Origin: Parcubacteria group bacterium | GTDB lineage: Bacteria; Patescibacteriota; Minisyncoccia; Phycocordibacterales; CALRHW01 | Length of the DNA stretch: 48,294 nt | Direction of reading: 5' to 3' | NCBI GenBank assembly: GCA_039740835.1 | Contig: JBCLGW010000002.1 | Span: 1-48,294 of the forward strand | Shown here: one piece after another, positions 34,178-43,813 of the stretch | How the letters are laid out: every line of letters starts with the position of its first letter | Numbering within the stretch: the first letter of the stretch is position 1 | Notes under the pieces: model-generated | Told to the model about the DNA's origin: nothing | The model's database searches: none | What the model saw: only the letters and a program-made list of their open reading frames with translations | Program-made: the position numbers and the translations under genes

Positions 34178-34966
34178 ATGGCTAAATACTATAAATTAAA
34201 TAAAAACGGCTATGTACTTAATAATGGCTCGCCTAAAAAAATCCAGAAAAAATGGATTGGTGCGATTGATGTGGTTAAAGATGCATGCTTGACACGCTAC
34301 GGTAAAAAAGTTTCGGCTATTTATGTTGTAGGTTCTGTCGCGTCTGGCACAGCAGTAGATTATAAATCTGACTTAGATATGGACATTGTTTTAAATATTC
34401 CTAAAGATAAGTTATATAAAAGATATCGCGAAAATAGTAAGTGGCTTAATAAACTCAATCACAAAATTAAGAAACAGTTTCCATTTATTACATACGCTGA
34501 TTCGACTCTTCTTAGTTTAGATGATATTTTTAAAAATAAACCATTCGTCGGCAACACAATCAAAGTTGAAAGTGTTTGTATATATGGAAAAGATATATCT
34601 TCTAAAATAGCAAACTTAAAGCCGGGACCAGGTATGCAAGTTAGCTTGCATATTCTTCCACGTTATCTAAAAACTACCAGAATGAGATTTTTACATTTAA
34701 AGGATAAGGAAATGATCAAAAAGCACTGTCATTGGATGACTAGGGTGCTTTTGCGTGCTGGTTTTGATTTGGTAATGCCAAAATTAAAAAAGTTCACAAA
34801 AGATCCTCTTATGTCTTATAGAGCATTTGCCAAATACTACCCAGATAAAGCAAAAGAAATGAAAGAGGTTTTAAATTTATCTTTAAAACCAAAAGCTAAT
34901 GCAAAACTAATGATTAAAGTCATAGACGGAATTGGGAAATGGTTGATTTTAAAATCACAACTATAA
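34178..34966 (+). CDS. Pol-beta-fold nucleotidyltransferase, ANT(3'')/(9) (AadA)-like in size and motif
   Basis: IYVVGSVASGTAVDYKSDLDMDIVL matches GS-x-x-x-G...SD-x-D. The 262-aa length and helical C-terminal half are as in aminoglycoside adenylyltransferases. Confidence 0.6.
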   Translation: MAKYYKLNKNGYVLNNGSPKKIQKKWIGAIDVVKDACLTRYGKKVSAIYVVGSVASGTAVDYKSDLDMDIVLNIPKDKLYKRYRENSKWLNKLNHKIKKQFPFITYADSTLLSLDDIFKNKPFVGNTIKVESVCIYGKDISSKIANLKPGPGMQVSLHILPRYLKTTRMRFLHLKDKEMIKKHCHWMTRVLLRAGFDLVMPKLKKFTKDPLMSYRAFAKYYPDKAKEMKEVLNLSLKPKANAKLMIKVIDGIGKWLILKSQL

Positions 34967-35033
34967 TTCTTTGAAAACCAGAGTTTCTTATAAATCTAAC
35001 TACACGTTGAAAATTATGTTACAATAAAACCAT

Positions 35034-36767
35034 ATGGAAATTATTATATTTTTGGGCGGTATAGTTATTTTAGCTCTTGTGTTTAATCTTCGTTCGCGAA
35101 TACAAACACTTGAACGATTTATTAAAAGTGGTGTGACAGAGCGTGCACCTGAACCAAGTTTTCAAACCAAGTCCACAATCACATCAGAGTCAGTGGTTGT
35201 ACCTTATCAAATTATACCAGCTTCAGTTGGCCCAACTCCTTTTGATAAATTTATTAATTGGCTAAAAGATGATTGGCTTCTTAAGGTCGGTGCAATTTTG
35301 TTACTTATTGGATTTGGTTGGCTTACAACTTACGCATTTCTTAACAACTGGATTGGACCAAATGGCCGTATTGCTCTCGGTATTATAGCTGGAGCTCTAT
35401 TTTTAATGCTTGGCTGGTGGAGAATAAAAAAGTATATTCATCAAGGTGGCGTCTTTCTTGTTCTCGGCTCAACAACAATTTTACTTACAATATTTGCGGC
35501 TCGTGAGATTTATGGTTTCTTTAGCCCATTTTCTGCCCTAGCTGTGATGTTTTTGAGCACCGCATTTGTTGCGTTTGTAAGTGTTAAATACAACAGTCGC
35601 GCACTTGCTTTAGCAAGCTTGATTCTTGCTGGTATTGCGCCCTTACTTACCAATTCTCCTACTGCTGATTATGTCGGTTTGTTCTCATATTTATTTGTCG
35701 TAACACTTGGTGTGGTTTGGGTTGTTGCACTTACAGGAAGGAGGGAGCTGACTACTGCGGCACTTATACTCATCACTTTTTACAGTTTACCTCACTTCAC
35801 CCCTTTTACATCGGCAGATACAGGTGTGTTACTTTTGTTTGCTTATGCATTTTCGGCGCTGTTTTTTATTACTAATACCGCAGGTATTTTAAAACTGAAA
35901 GATAAGGAAATTGTTCCCGATCTCATAACAGCGGCTGGCAACGGACTATTTCTTTTATCTTGGATTATGTTTGTTGCACAAGATGAGTGGAAAAGCTTGA
36001 TAATTTCTGCGTGGATGATTGTCTTTACAGTCGGAGCGTTTATGATATTTCGTATTACACAAAGACGAGAGCCACTTTATGTCTACGCTTGTGTCGGCAT
36101 TGCTATGCTCGCTGCAGCAACTTCAGCTGAATTACGTGGTGCGACACTCACCATCGCATATACTATTGAAAGTGGACTAATTTCTTTTATCGCATATTTA
36201 ATTCTTAAAGATATACGCATTGTCGCGCGTACTAGTCTGCTTTTAATAGGACCAATTCTTCTTTCTTTTGGAAGCATTATCGCTTCTACGTGGGACACTG
36301 GTGTTTTACACAAAGACTTTTTTGTTCTTTTTGTCCTAGGGCTGACACTACTTGTGCTTGGCCTATTTTTCTTTAATCGTGCTCGGGAAACTGTGAAAGA
36401 AGAGACGAAACAACTCAGCGCAATATTTTTGGTTGCCGGTTCACTATATGCTTGCGTACTATTATGGCTTTCTTTGCATGCATACTTTCAAAATGACAAT
36501 AATGCGGTGATGATTTCTCTGGCGATTTATACAATAATTGGACTCATATTATATTTTTATGGACTTACAAAATACGAAAAAGGTTTGCGTATTTATGGTG
36601 GTGTAATTGTTGGCTTTGTGGTCGGTAGATTGCTTGTCTTTGATATTTGGGAAATGGATATGGCTGGTAAAATTGTTATCTTTTTCCTAATAGGTTCACT
36701 TTTGGTAAGCACGGCCTTTTTAGGAAAGAAAAAACAAAAGGTAGATTTACCCAATAATACCCAATAA
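35034..36767 (+). CDS. large polytopic membrane protein (DUF2339-like, tentative)
   Basis: 577 aa. An N-terminal helix is followed by a charged [13 protein letters not shown] segment and then at least 12 hydrophobic helices. Confidence 0.7.
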   Translation: MEIIIFLGGIVILALVFNLRSRIQTLERFIKSGVTERAPEPSFQTKSTITSESVVVPYQIIPASVGPTPFDKFINWLKDDWLLKVGAILLLIGFGWLTTYAFLNNWIGPNGRIALGIIAGALFLMLGWWRIKKYIHQGGVFLVLGSTTILLTIFAAREIYGFFSPFSALAVMFLSTAFVAFVSVKYNSRALALASLILAGIAPLLTNSPTADYVGLFSYLFVVTLGVVWVVALTGRRELTTAALILITFYSLPHFTPFTSADTGVLLLFAYAFSALFFITNTAGILKLKDKEIVPDLITAAGNGLFLLSWIMFVAQDEWKSLIISAWMIVFTVGAFMIFRITQRREPLYVYACVGIAMLAAATSAELRGATLTIAYTIESGLISFIAYLILKDIRIVARTSLLLIGPILLSFGSIIASTWDTGVLHKDFFVLFVLGLTLLVLGLFFFNRARETVKEETKQLSAIFLVAGSLYACVLLWLSLHAYFQNDNNAVMISLAIYTIIGLILYFYGLTKYEKGLRIYGGVIVGFVVGRLLVFDIWEMDMAGKIVIFFLIGSLLVSTAFLGKKKQKVDLPNNTQ

Positions 36768-36771
36768 AAAT

Positions 36772-37935
36772 ATGAAACAAAAAATAATACTTTTATTTCT
36801 TAGCTTTGTTTTTGTTGGTACATTAACAGCAAATGCACAGGAGTTACCACAAAACACTACATCTTCAGTCATCAACGCTTATCGTTTTTATAAAGACATT
36901 GATTCTATTTCAATAAAAGTACCGACAGTAGTTGAAATTCCTTTTGCTGATGAGTTTATTGAACGATTCAGCTTTGCTGTCCTCAATAAAGACACAAGCT
37001 CTTGGGAGCCACATTTTTTTAAACAAGAAACACTGGTCAACAAAACACCTGTGACGGTAAGCACAAGGCCAAACGTTGCCAGTGCAAGTCTTATGAATGA
37101 TAACGATACTCAAACATATGCTGACTTTCCGTTACTAGAAAGCACACGGGGTATTGCTCAAATTATTTTATTGAGCGCAAATCAAATTACCGCCTCTTCA
37201 CTTACCGTTTTACTTGATAGCAACGTTGTTTTGCCTAATTTTATAGAAATCAGTGCAGAGGTAGACGGTCAAGAAAGAATAGTTGTAGCTAGTCGGAGAA
37301 TGGACCAACAAACCGTTAGTTTTCCACAAACAACTTCAAGTAGGTGGACAATCACATTTATATTTAGTCAGCCACTTCGCATAAGTGAACTACAGTTGCA
37401 CCAAGATAACGCCTCAAAAAACAGCACACGTGCTATTCGATTTTTAGCACACCCTTCTCATTCTTACCGTATTTATTTTGACCCAGACAGAACAGTGTCT
37501 GCACCTGTTGGAGAAGCTGGTAATTTGATTTATGCAAAAGATTTTATTGTTATTTCCTCTGGTTCGTCTCAAAACAACCCAGATTACATTATCGCAGACG
37601 TAGACGGTGACGGCGTTTTGGACACCAGTGACAACTGTGTCTCTATTGCTAATTTAGACCAAAAAGATTTAAATAATAATGGTATAGGGGATGCGTGTGA
37701 TGACTTTGACCAAGACGGTATTATTAATAATTTAGACAATTGTCTCAATAATCCCAACGTAAACCAAAAAGATATGGATAGCGACGGAATAGGCGATGTT
37801 TGTGATAAAATAGAGAGTAGAATAACAGAACGGTACACTTGGATTCCGTGGGTAGGTATCGGTTTTGCTGCACTTGTTTTAGTTAGCCTTCTTTTCTTAA
37901 CAGCAAGATTAAAACCCACAAAAACCTCCGATTAA
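36772..37935 (+). CDS. secreted, C-terminally anchored protein with thrombospondin type-3 (calcium-binding) repeats
   Basis: Signal peptide. [14 protein letters not shown]...[29 protein letters not shown]...[17 protein letters not shown]-terminal TM is present. Confidence 0.8.
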   Translation: MKQKIILLFLSFVFVGTLTANAQELPQNTTSSVINAYRFYKDIDSISIKVPTVVEIPFADEFIERFSFAVLNKDTSSWEPHFFKQETLVNKTPVTVSTRPNVASASLMNDNDTQTYADFPLLESTRGIAQIILLSANQITASSLTVLLDSNVVLPNFIEISAEVDGQERIVVASRRMDQQTVSFPQTTSSRWTITFIFSQPLRISELQLHQDNASKNSTRAIRFLAHPSHSYRIYFDPDRTVSAPVGEAGNLIYAKDFIVISSGSSQNNPDYIIADVDGDGVLDTSDNCVSIANLDQKDLNNNGIGDACDDFDQDGIINNLDNCLNNPNVNQKDMDSDGIGDVCDKIESRITERYTWIPWVGIGFAALVLVSLLFLTARLKPTKTSD

Positions 37936-37966
37936 TTTGGTAATTAGTTAGTGGTAAAATATACCT

Positions 37967-38146
37967 ATGAAAATTTTAGGGTTTAGATTAAAAATTTACG
38001 AAGTCTCTTTTTTACTCTCGGGTTTGGCGATACTCATTTCTCTTCCTTGGATTGGTGGCTCGGGCTACAATCTGTGGATTTTTGCCAAGATTGCTTATTT
38101 TATAGGTGTTGTATTTTTTATTAGCGACGTAATGCGAGTGAAATGA
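37967..38146 (+). CDS. possible small two-TM membrane protein (59 aa, below the ORF-track cutoff)
   Basis: ATG ORF MKILGFRLKIYEVSFLLSGLAILISLPWIGGSGYNLWIFAKIAYFIGVVFFISDVMRVK. Confidence 0.35.
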   Translation: MKILGFRLKIYEVSFLLSGLAILISLPWIGGSGYNLWIFAKIAYFIGVVFFISDVMRVK

Positions 38147-38227
38147 GAAAGACTACTTTCTTATTTCCGAGCCGAGGAGCTAATATTGTACCCAGTTATA
38201 TCGTTGATGTAATTTTCAAAAATAAAT

Positions 38228-39241
38228 ATGGAGTTTAATTTACCAGATTTTATCAGACTTTTAATACAGCTTTGCTTGGCGGTCGCCGGTGCTAGCGCTT
38301 TTTGGGGATATGTTTTAACCCAAAAGGCAAAAAGGAATCCAGACCATCAAGGTGAGTATAAAAGCATTGTTGAAATTGTGGCAAAGATTTTCGCCTTTTC
38401 ATCCGCGCTCTTTTTGTTGTTTTGGGGTTTTGCCTCTTTTTTTATTTTTCAAGCCATAAGTTTTGCCCACGAAGGCATAAAACTCGACCCCACCAATGAA
38501 TACATTCGTGCTGGTTTTTCAGTCAACCTCTTTTTTGTCGCTATTCTTTCTATTATTTTTTTGTTTTTCATAAATTATTTTATTTTCCACAAAACCAAAT
38601 TTCATAAATTAGCTCCTAAATTTTTCTTTGTTCAGTTTTTACTTATTGCCATCATTATTTCAATTCAGGTCTGGAAAGGGTTTTTTGATAAAGAGCAGTT
38701 TTTCTTTATTCTTCACAACTTTCATTCAATTTTTACCCTAGCAAGCGTTGTCTTGATTGATATTCTTTACATGGTCACCTTCAAACGAAATGCCCTTAAA
38801 CCGATTATTTATAATTTTTTCCCTTGGATAAGTGTTGGGATTTGGATCGGTCTGGGGCTTGATTTCGCGAGTGTCTTTTTGATTCTGCCGGAAGCTTTTA
38901 TCTTAAGCCCCCAGTTCTTCTTTTCGCAAACAATCGTGGCTATTATAATTCTCAACGGAACACTGCTTTCAAATAGGGTGAATAATTATTTGCTGGACAG
39001 CTTAAAGCCAGTCGAAGTTAGACAATTCAAAGTCTCATTCAAAAAAATATTTCATTGGTCTGGTTCAATTTCCATTGTTTCTTGGCTGACCATATACTTT
39101 GTTGATTTTTTTGAGTTTAATGTGAGTTTTTTGGTTTTATTTTCAGCCTATCTCACATTTATATTTTTGGCCAGAGTTGTCCATGAGATTATTAATCGAA
39201 AATTTTTGGAAAATTCTTTTACTAAAGAAATCTTAAATTAA
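38228..39241 (+). CDS. polytopic membrane protein, unknown function
   Basis: 337 aa, Phe-rich, with at least 8 hydrophobic helices. Confidence 0.7.
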   Translation: MEFNLPDFIRLLIQLCLAVAGASAFWGYVLTQKAKRNPDHQGEYKSIVEIVAKIFAFSSALFLLFWGFASFFIFQAISFAHEGIKLDPTNEYIRAGFSVNLFFVAILSIIFLFFINYFIFHKTKFHKLAPKFFFVQFLLIAIIISIQVWKGFFDKEQFFFILHNFHSIFTLASVVLIDILYMVTFKRNALKPIIYNFFPWISVGIWIGLGLDFASVFLILPEAFILSPQFFFSQTIVAIIILNGTLLSNRVNNYLLDSLKPVEVRQFKVSFKKIFHWSGSISIVSWLTIYFVDFFEFNVSFLVLFSAYLTFIFLARVVHEIINRKFLENSFTKEILN

Positions 39242-39245
39242 AATT

Positions 39246-39869
39246 ATGAATTCACAAAAGTTCTATTCAAAAATTGCCGGATTTTATAACTTTGGACTTT
39301 GGATTATCGGATATAAAGGAGCAGTAAACTATGTTATGGAACAACTCCCACTTGCTATAAACGATTCATTCAAGGTATTGGACGTAGGTTGTGGAACGGG
39401 CCTGTATTCAATCGCTGTTTTAAAAAAATTTCCAAATTCTCAAATTGTCGCTTTTGATTTGAATAGCGAAATGGTCGAAGATATGAGACGAAACTTAAAG
39501 CAACAAAATTTAGAGGGCCGAGCGAGGGTTTTTGTTGGCGATGCTCTTGATAGTATTGCGGAGAAAAATGATTTTAAACTCATCATAACTGGTGGATTGC
39601 TAGAATATGTTGATATACAAAAAGCTGTTGTTAACCTCTCTCACTATTTGTGTGGCGGTGGATATTTTCTTAATTCGCCGGTTAAGAATAACATACTGGG
39701 CAACTTTATTGGAAAATTATCTGGATTTAAACCATATTCAAAACAAGTAAATATTTCTGTTTTCACGCAAAATGGATTTGAGTTACAGAAAATTATTAAA
39801 CTACCCTTTAGATATTTCCCAATTTGTTTGGTAAAAGAAGCGCATCTCTTTATCTTTAAGAGAAAATAG
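39246..39869 (+). CDS. class I SAM-dependent methyltransferase
   Basis: Motif I is VLDVGCGTGLYS, with post-I AFDLN and downstream ITGGLLEYV. Confidence 0.8.
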   Translation: MNSQKFYSKIAGFYNFGLWIIGYKGAVNYVMEQLPLAINDSFKVLDVGCGTGLYSIAVLKKFPNSQIVAFDLNSEMVEDMRRNLKQQNLEGRARVFVGDALDSIAEKNDFKLIITGGLLEYVDIQKAVVNLSHYLCGGGYFLNSPVKNNILGNFIGKLSGFKPYSKQVNISVFTQNGFELQKIIKLPFRYFPICLVKEAHLFIFKRK

Positions 39870-39889
39870 TTAAAAATGAAGCAAAAAAT

Positions 39890-40768
39890 ATGCATCCAAA
39901 AATCAAAAAAATTATTCTTTACTTTTCCATCTTTGCCGTAAGTCTCATCGGGATAAGCTTTTTGGGCGCATGGCAGGTGACGCATCCGGCGCGTATTCTA
40001 AGCGGACTCACCCCAAAAGATTTTAATATGCCTTTTGAGGAAATTATGCTTACAACGAAAGATGGTATATCAATTGCCGGATGGTATGTTCCATCCTCCC
40101 CCAATGCTAAGGTGAGCAAGCCCGCACCTGCAATTATTATTCTGCATGGCTACCCTGCAGAAAAAGGTGATATGCTTTCCATTGCCAGCGCCCTCCACCC
40201 GGATTTTAATATTCTTTTGATTGACTTTCGCTATTTTGGAAAGTCGGGGGGTTCATTCACAACCCTCGGGACTAAAGAGCGTCTCGACCTAGAGACCGCC
40301 ACGGATTTTCTCCAATCGCGCGGATTTAAAAAAGTCGGAGTCCTTGGATTTTCGCTGGGTGGCGCTACGGCAATTTTACAAGCCACACAAGACCCGAGAA
40401 TTGTCGCCGTGGTTTCCTACGCATCATTTGCTGACTTAACACTTCTGGGTAAAGATATGTATAAATATCTTCCCGTGATTCGCACAGCCCTTGTTCCTCT
40501 CATGAAATTTTGGGTGAAATTATTATGGGGCGTTTATGCGACTCTCTCACCACAAAAAGTAGCACAAAATATGCAAACACCAATCCTCATAATTCACACC
40601 AAACAAGACGAACAAATACCATTTCACCACGCCGAACTTTTGAGAGAGGCCTTAAAAAACAATCAGCGTGCCGAATTCTACTTTTCGGAAACTGGTCGCC
40701 ACGGAGAGCTATCGGCAGATTTTAACGAACGAGTAAAAAATTTCTTTTTGAAATATGCACCACTCTAG
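39890..40768 (+). CDS. membrane-anchored alpha/beta hydrolase (S9/dienelactone-hydrolase-like)
   Basis: N-terminal TM. The nucleophile elbow is GFSLGGA. IIHTKQDEQIP and GRHGE fit the Asp/His positions. Confidence 0.8.
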   Translation: MHPKIKKIILYFSIFAVSLIGISFLGAWQVTHPARILSGLTPKDFNMPFEEIMLTTKDGISIAGWYVPSSPNAKVSKPAPAIIILHGYPAEKGDMLSIASALHPDFNILLIDFRYFGKSGGSFTTLGTKERLDLETATDFLQSRGFKKVGVLGFSLGGATAILQATQDPRIVAVVSYASFADLTLLGKDMYKYLPVIRTALVPLMKFWVKLLWGVYATLSPQKVAQNMQTPILIIHTKQDEQIPFHHAELLREALKNNQRAEFYFSETGRHGELSADFNERVKNFFLKYAPL

Positions 40769-40816
40769 AGATAAAGATTTTAAACAAACTTAGGAAATAA
40801 AAACAGACAAATAACC

Positions 40817-41482
40817 ATGCCCCAAACAACCATAAAAAAGAAATTAGTTTTACTAGCTGTCGTTATCACCGCAGTTTTGATTTTTTGGAGTTCTACAATG
40901 CTTCAGGATGAGTACAGGCAATTGATCGGGTTTTTTGAAAAAAATATCGCGGAGAGACCTATTTTTAGCATGGTTGTTTTTGTTATCTTAAATGTTTTAT
41001 CGGTAATGTTTTTCTTTTTCTCCAGTGTCTGGTTGGTGCCGGTGGCCGTTTCGGTTTGGGGCAGTTTAATGACAACCCTGCTCTTGCTCGCCGGCTGGTT
41101 TTTGGGCGCAATCTTTTCCTACATTCTGGGTCGCTATACTGGCTATCCAATTTTAAAATACTTTATTCCGCTTCGAAAACTCGATTACTATCGCGATTTT
41201 TTCGCAAAAAATTCCTCCCTTCTTTTACTCTTTCTGGTGCGTTTTACCGTGCCTTCAGAAATACCAGGTTATGCCTTGGGGATTTTTCGTCTTAATTTTT
41301 TAAAGTATTTACTGATCACCGTTTTGGCGGAAATCCCTTATGCTTTTGTGACGGTATACGCTATTGGGGCGATTTTAAACAAAGATCCAATTGTTTTAAG
41401 CTCAATTATTTTTGCTTGGTTATTGGCCGTCATATTTCTGGCTAAAATATTTTACAAAAAATTTTCCATAAGTAATATATAG
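40817..41482 (+). CDS. DedA/TVP38-TMEM64 (VTT-domain) membrane protein
   Basis: Polytopic, with the family-like LVRFTVPSEIPGYALGIF segment. Confidence 0.7.
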   Translation: MPQTTIKKKLVLLAVVITAVLIFWSSTMLQDEYRQLIGFFEKNIAERPIFSMVVFVILNVLSVMFFFFSSVWLVPVAVSVWGSLMTTLLLLAGWFLGAIFSYILGRYTGYPILKYFIPLRKLDYYRDFFAKNSSLLLLFLVRFTVPSEIPGYALGIFRLNFLKYLLITVLAEIPYAFVTVYAIGAILNKDPIVLSSIIFAWLLAVIFLAKIFYKKFSISNI

Positions 41483-41484
41483 TT

Positions 41485-42018
41485 ATGAATTATTTTAAAT
41501 TTTTAAAGCTTGCCCTTTCGGATTATCGTATAGTTGGGGAGTTAATGCCGTCATCGCAGTATGTTATTCGCAAAATTTTAAGTCAGTTTAAACCAGAACA
41601 TAGAATGGTTGTAGAGTACGGTGCTGGTGATGGTGTAATAACCAGGGAAATCCTGAAAAACTTGCCGACAAGTGGAAAAATAATTGCAATTGAACTTAAT
41701 CATGATTTGTTGACCGAGCTAAAGAAAATTCGCGACCCACGTCTTGAGGTTTGGCAGGGGAATGTTTTAGAATTAAGCAAATCACTGCCAAAGTCAGATA
41801 TTATTATCTCTGGAATCCCTTTTTCTTTGATTGATCGTGAAAAAAGACTGGAAATCATCCGTCAAACAGCTGATGCTCTTAATGAAGGAGGACTTTTTAT
41901 TGCTTACCAGAATAGTCCAATTCTTTTAAAAACACTAAAGAAGTTTTTTTCTGAAACAAAAGTGCTCTTTGAGCCAAGAAATTTTCTGCCCTACTTCATT
42001 TTAATCGGTAAAAAATAA
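41485..42018 (+). CDS. SAM-dependent methyltransferase, phospholipid N-methyltransferase-like (COG3963-type, tentative)
   Basis: IVGELMPSSQYVIRKIL...VVEYGAGDGVITREIL...IIAIELN matches that family's N-terminal VGAxxPSS box plus motif I, as I recall it. Confidence 0.65.
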   Translation: MNYFKFLKLALSDYRIVGELMPSSQYVIRKILSQFKPEHRMVVEYGAGDGVITREILKNLPTSGKIIAIELNHDLLTELKKIRDPRLEVWQGNVLELSKSLPKSDIIISGIPFSLIDREKRLEIIRQTADALNEGGLFIAYQNSPILLKTLKKFFSETKVLFEPRNFLPYFILIGKK

Positions 42019-42161
42019 AAACATTATAATTTTATGAAAAGAAATGATTTTGAACAATTAGTCCGCAGATGCTTGGGAGAGCTTGTACTCACCGCTTTCA
42101 AAAGCTACAATATCTAATACAAGGTTTGTGTTCTACAAAACGGGTGTAGTACAAATATAAT

Positions 42162-42539
42162 ATGAACAAAACTTCATTTCACATTTTAAGAATAGGGTTG
42201 GCCATAACTTTTCTTTGGATTGGCGTTTTAATCTTTAAACAACCAGAGGCTTGGGGAGGATACCTTCAGCCGTGGGCCACGGACTTATTGCCCATACCAA
42301 TAGCGCAAGCGATGATTGGGACGGCAATTTTAGATATCATGATTGGCGCTATGCTCTTGTTTAATGCATTCGTTTGGCCGGTGGCTCTAGTCGGCGCGAT
42401 TCATTTAGTTAGTGTCCTTGTGGTAAGTGGTATTACAGAGATAACAGTCCGTGATATCGGAATTTTAGCGGCGACCGTGGCTTTAATGGCCGATTCTTTG
42501 CCGAAAACTTTTACTAATAAATTATGTCTTTATGAATAA
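42162..42539 (+). CDS. small 4-TM membrane protein (DoxX-like)
   Basis: 125-aa hydrophobic ORF that overlaps the next gene by 8 nt. Confidence 0.65.
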   Translation: MNKTSFHILRIGLAITFLWIGVLIFKQPEAWGGYLQPWATDLLPIPIAQAMIGTAILDIMIGAMLLFNAFVWPVALVGAIHLVSVLVVSGITEITVRDIGILAATVALMADSLPKTFTNKLCLYE

Positions 42540-42996
42540 AACAATTATTGTCATTATCGTTGTAGCCATTATTACTTTAGGCGGTTACTCCTTGCTAAGG
42601 AGTAACGAAACCTCGGCCCCGAGCTCAAATGTAGCACCACAACAACCGTCTCAAGAAACATCTCAAACACCACCAACACCAACTACTGAAGCCCCAGTTA
42701 CGCAGGAAACGCCATTGGTCAATCAAAATGTAGTTACCTACAGCCAGTCTGGATTCTCGCCCAGTATTCTTCGCGTAAAGGTTGGGACGACAGTTGTTTT
42801 CAAAAATGGTCAGTCTGAGCCAATGTGGGTTGCTTCAAGTCCTCATCCGATTCACAACGATTATTCCGATTTTAACGCCAAGCGCGGATACGCAAAAAAC
42901 GAAAGCTATTCTTTTACCTTTACCAAGCTGGGCACATGGAAGTATCACAATCACCTTAATCCTAGCAAAGTCAGCACAATCGTTGTTGAAAAATAA
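42532..42996 (+). CDS. membrane-anchored cupredoxin-fold protein
   Basis: TM, a Pro/Thr/Gln linker, then FSPSILRVKVGTTVVFKN...SSPHPIHNDY...TWKYHNHLNP. Confidence 0.65.
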   Translation: MNKTIIVIIVVAIITLGGYSLLRSNETSAPSSNVAPQQPSQETSQTPPTPTTEAPVTQETPLVNQNVVTYSQSGFSPSILRVKVGTTVVFKNGQSEPMWVASSPHPIHNDYSDFNAKRGYAKNESYSFTFTKLGTWKYHNHLNPSKVSTIVVEK

Positions 42997-43033
42997 TTGT
43001 TTCGCAGTGTTGATTTTGGTATACTAAAAACAT

Positions 43034-43240
43034 ATGGAAAATACATCTACAAATAACCAAACTCCTACGCACTACATCTGTCTCGGTGGATGCAGAGGTG
43101 TGTCAAAAGTACCCGGTGTGTGTGGTGCGCCTGATTGCGCGAGTCACATGCACGAGCTTGTGCCTTGCGACTGCACCGATGCTCAACACCACGATTTTAA
43201 AATTGGTATTATTCCTTCTTCAAATTTTCTACCCATGTGA
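43034..43240 (+). CDS. small Cys/His-rich putative metal-binding protein (68 aa)
   Basis: YICLGGCRGVSKVPGVCGAPDCASHMHELVPCDCTDAQHH. An extended -10 (TGGTATACT) ends 8 nt upstream of the ATG. Confidence 0.6.
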   Translation: MENTSTNNQTPTHYICLGGCRGVSKVPGVCGAPDCASHMHELVPCDCTDAQHHDFKIGIIPSSNFLPM

Positions 43241-43295
43241 TCGGTGGACTCTCTCAAAATCAGATAATTTTTCATCGTATCCGTCCATGAGGTCG

Positions 43296-43324
43296 TTGAA
43301 CTTTTACTTTCTGTGGGATATAGT
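43296..43324 (+). promoter_or_regulatory. sigma70-like promoter giving a leaderless or near-leaderless mRNA
   Basis: TTGAAC, a 17-nt spacer, then TATAGT. The -10 ends 6 nt before the ATG at 43331. Confidence 0.55.
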
Positions 43325-43807
43325 AGTTTTATGAAAAGACGCAGGCCAAGCAATCGGCCAAAAGTGGTAATGGTCAGCGGAGGATTTGATCCGGTTCATA
43401 TTGGGCACATCAGGCTTTTTAAAGATGCAAAGAAACTCGGTGACAAGCTAATCGTAGTTTTAAACAACGATCACTGGCTCAGAAAGAAAAAAGGCAAAGA
43501 ATTTATGCTGGGCGTGGAACGTAAAGAGATTATCGAGGCGCTCGCTTGCGTGGATAAAGTAATATTGTCTATGCACCCCAAAGATCCAAAGTACATGAGT
43601 GTACACAAAGAGCTAAAGAAGCTCAAACCGCATATTTTTGCCAACGGGGGAGACAGAGACTTGAAAAATGCCCATGACCCGAAGTCTTCACTTTATAAAG
43701 AAATGCAAGTTTGCAAAAAATTAGGTACCAAGATGGTATATAATGTGGGTCGTGGGGGCAAAGTCCGGTCTTCATCGGAGTTGTTGAAAAATTATCATAA
43801 AAAATAA
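43313..43807 (+). CDS. cytidylyltransferase-like nucleotidyltransferase (RfaE-II / TagD-type)
   Basis: VMVSGGFDPVHIGHIRLF carries the (H/T)xGH motif. The ORF-track GTG at 43313 lies inside the promoter, so the ATG at 43331 is the likelier start. Confidence 0.8.
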   Translation: MGYSSFMKRRRPSNRPKVVMVSGGFDPVHIGHIRLFKDAKKLGDKLIVVLNNDHWLRKKKGKEFMLGVERKEIIEALACVDKVILSMHPKDPKYMSVHKELKKLKPHIFANGGDRDLKNAHDPKSSLYKEMQVCKKLGTKMVYNVGRGGKVRSSSELLKNYHKK

Positions 43808-43813
43808 ACTAAA

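Noticed and set aside
34178-36767. Possible CBASS-like pair (nucleotidyltransferase plus membrane effector)
   Set aside because: The NTase is short (262 aa), and its motif and length fit ANT/AadA-type enzymes better than CD-NTases. The downstream membrane protein is a very large polytopic protein coupled to a different partner gene. There is no cyclic-nucleotide sensor domain.
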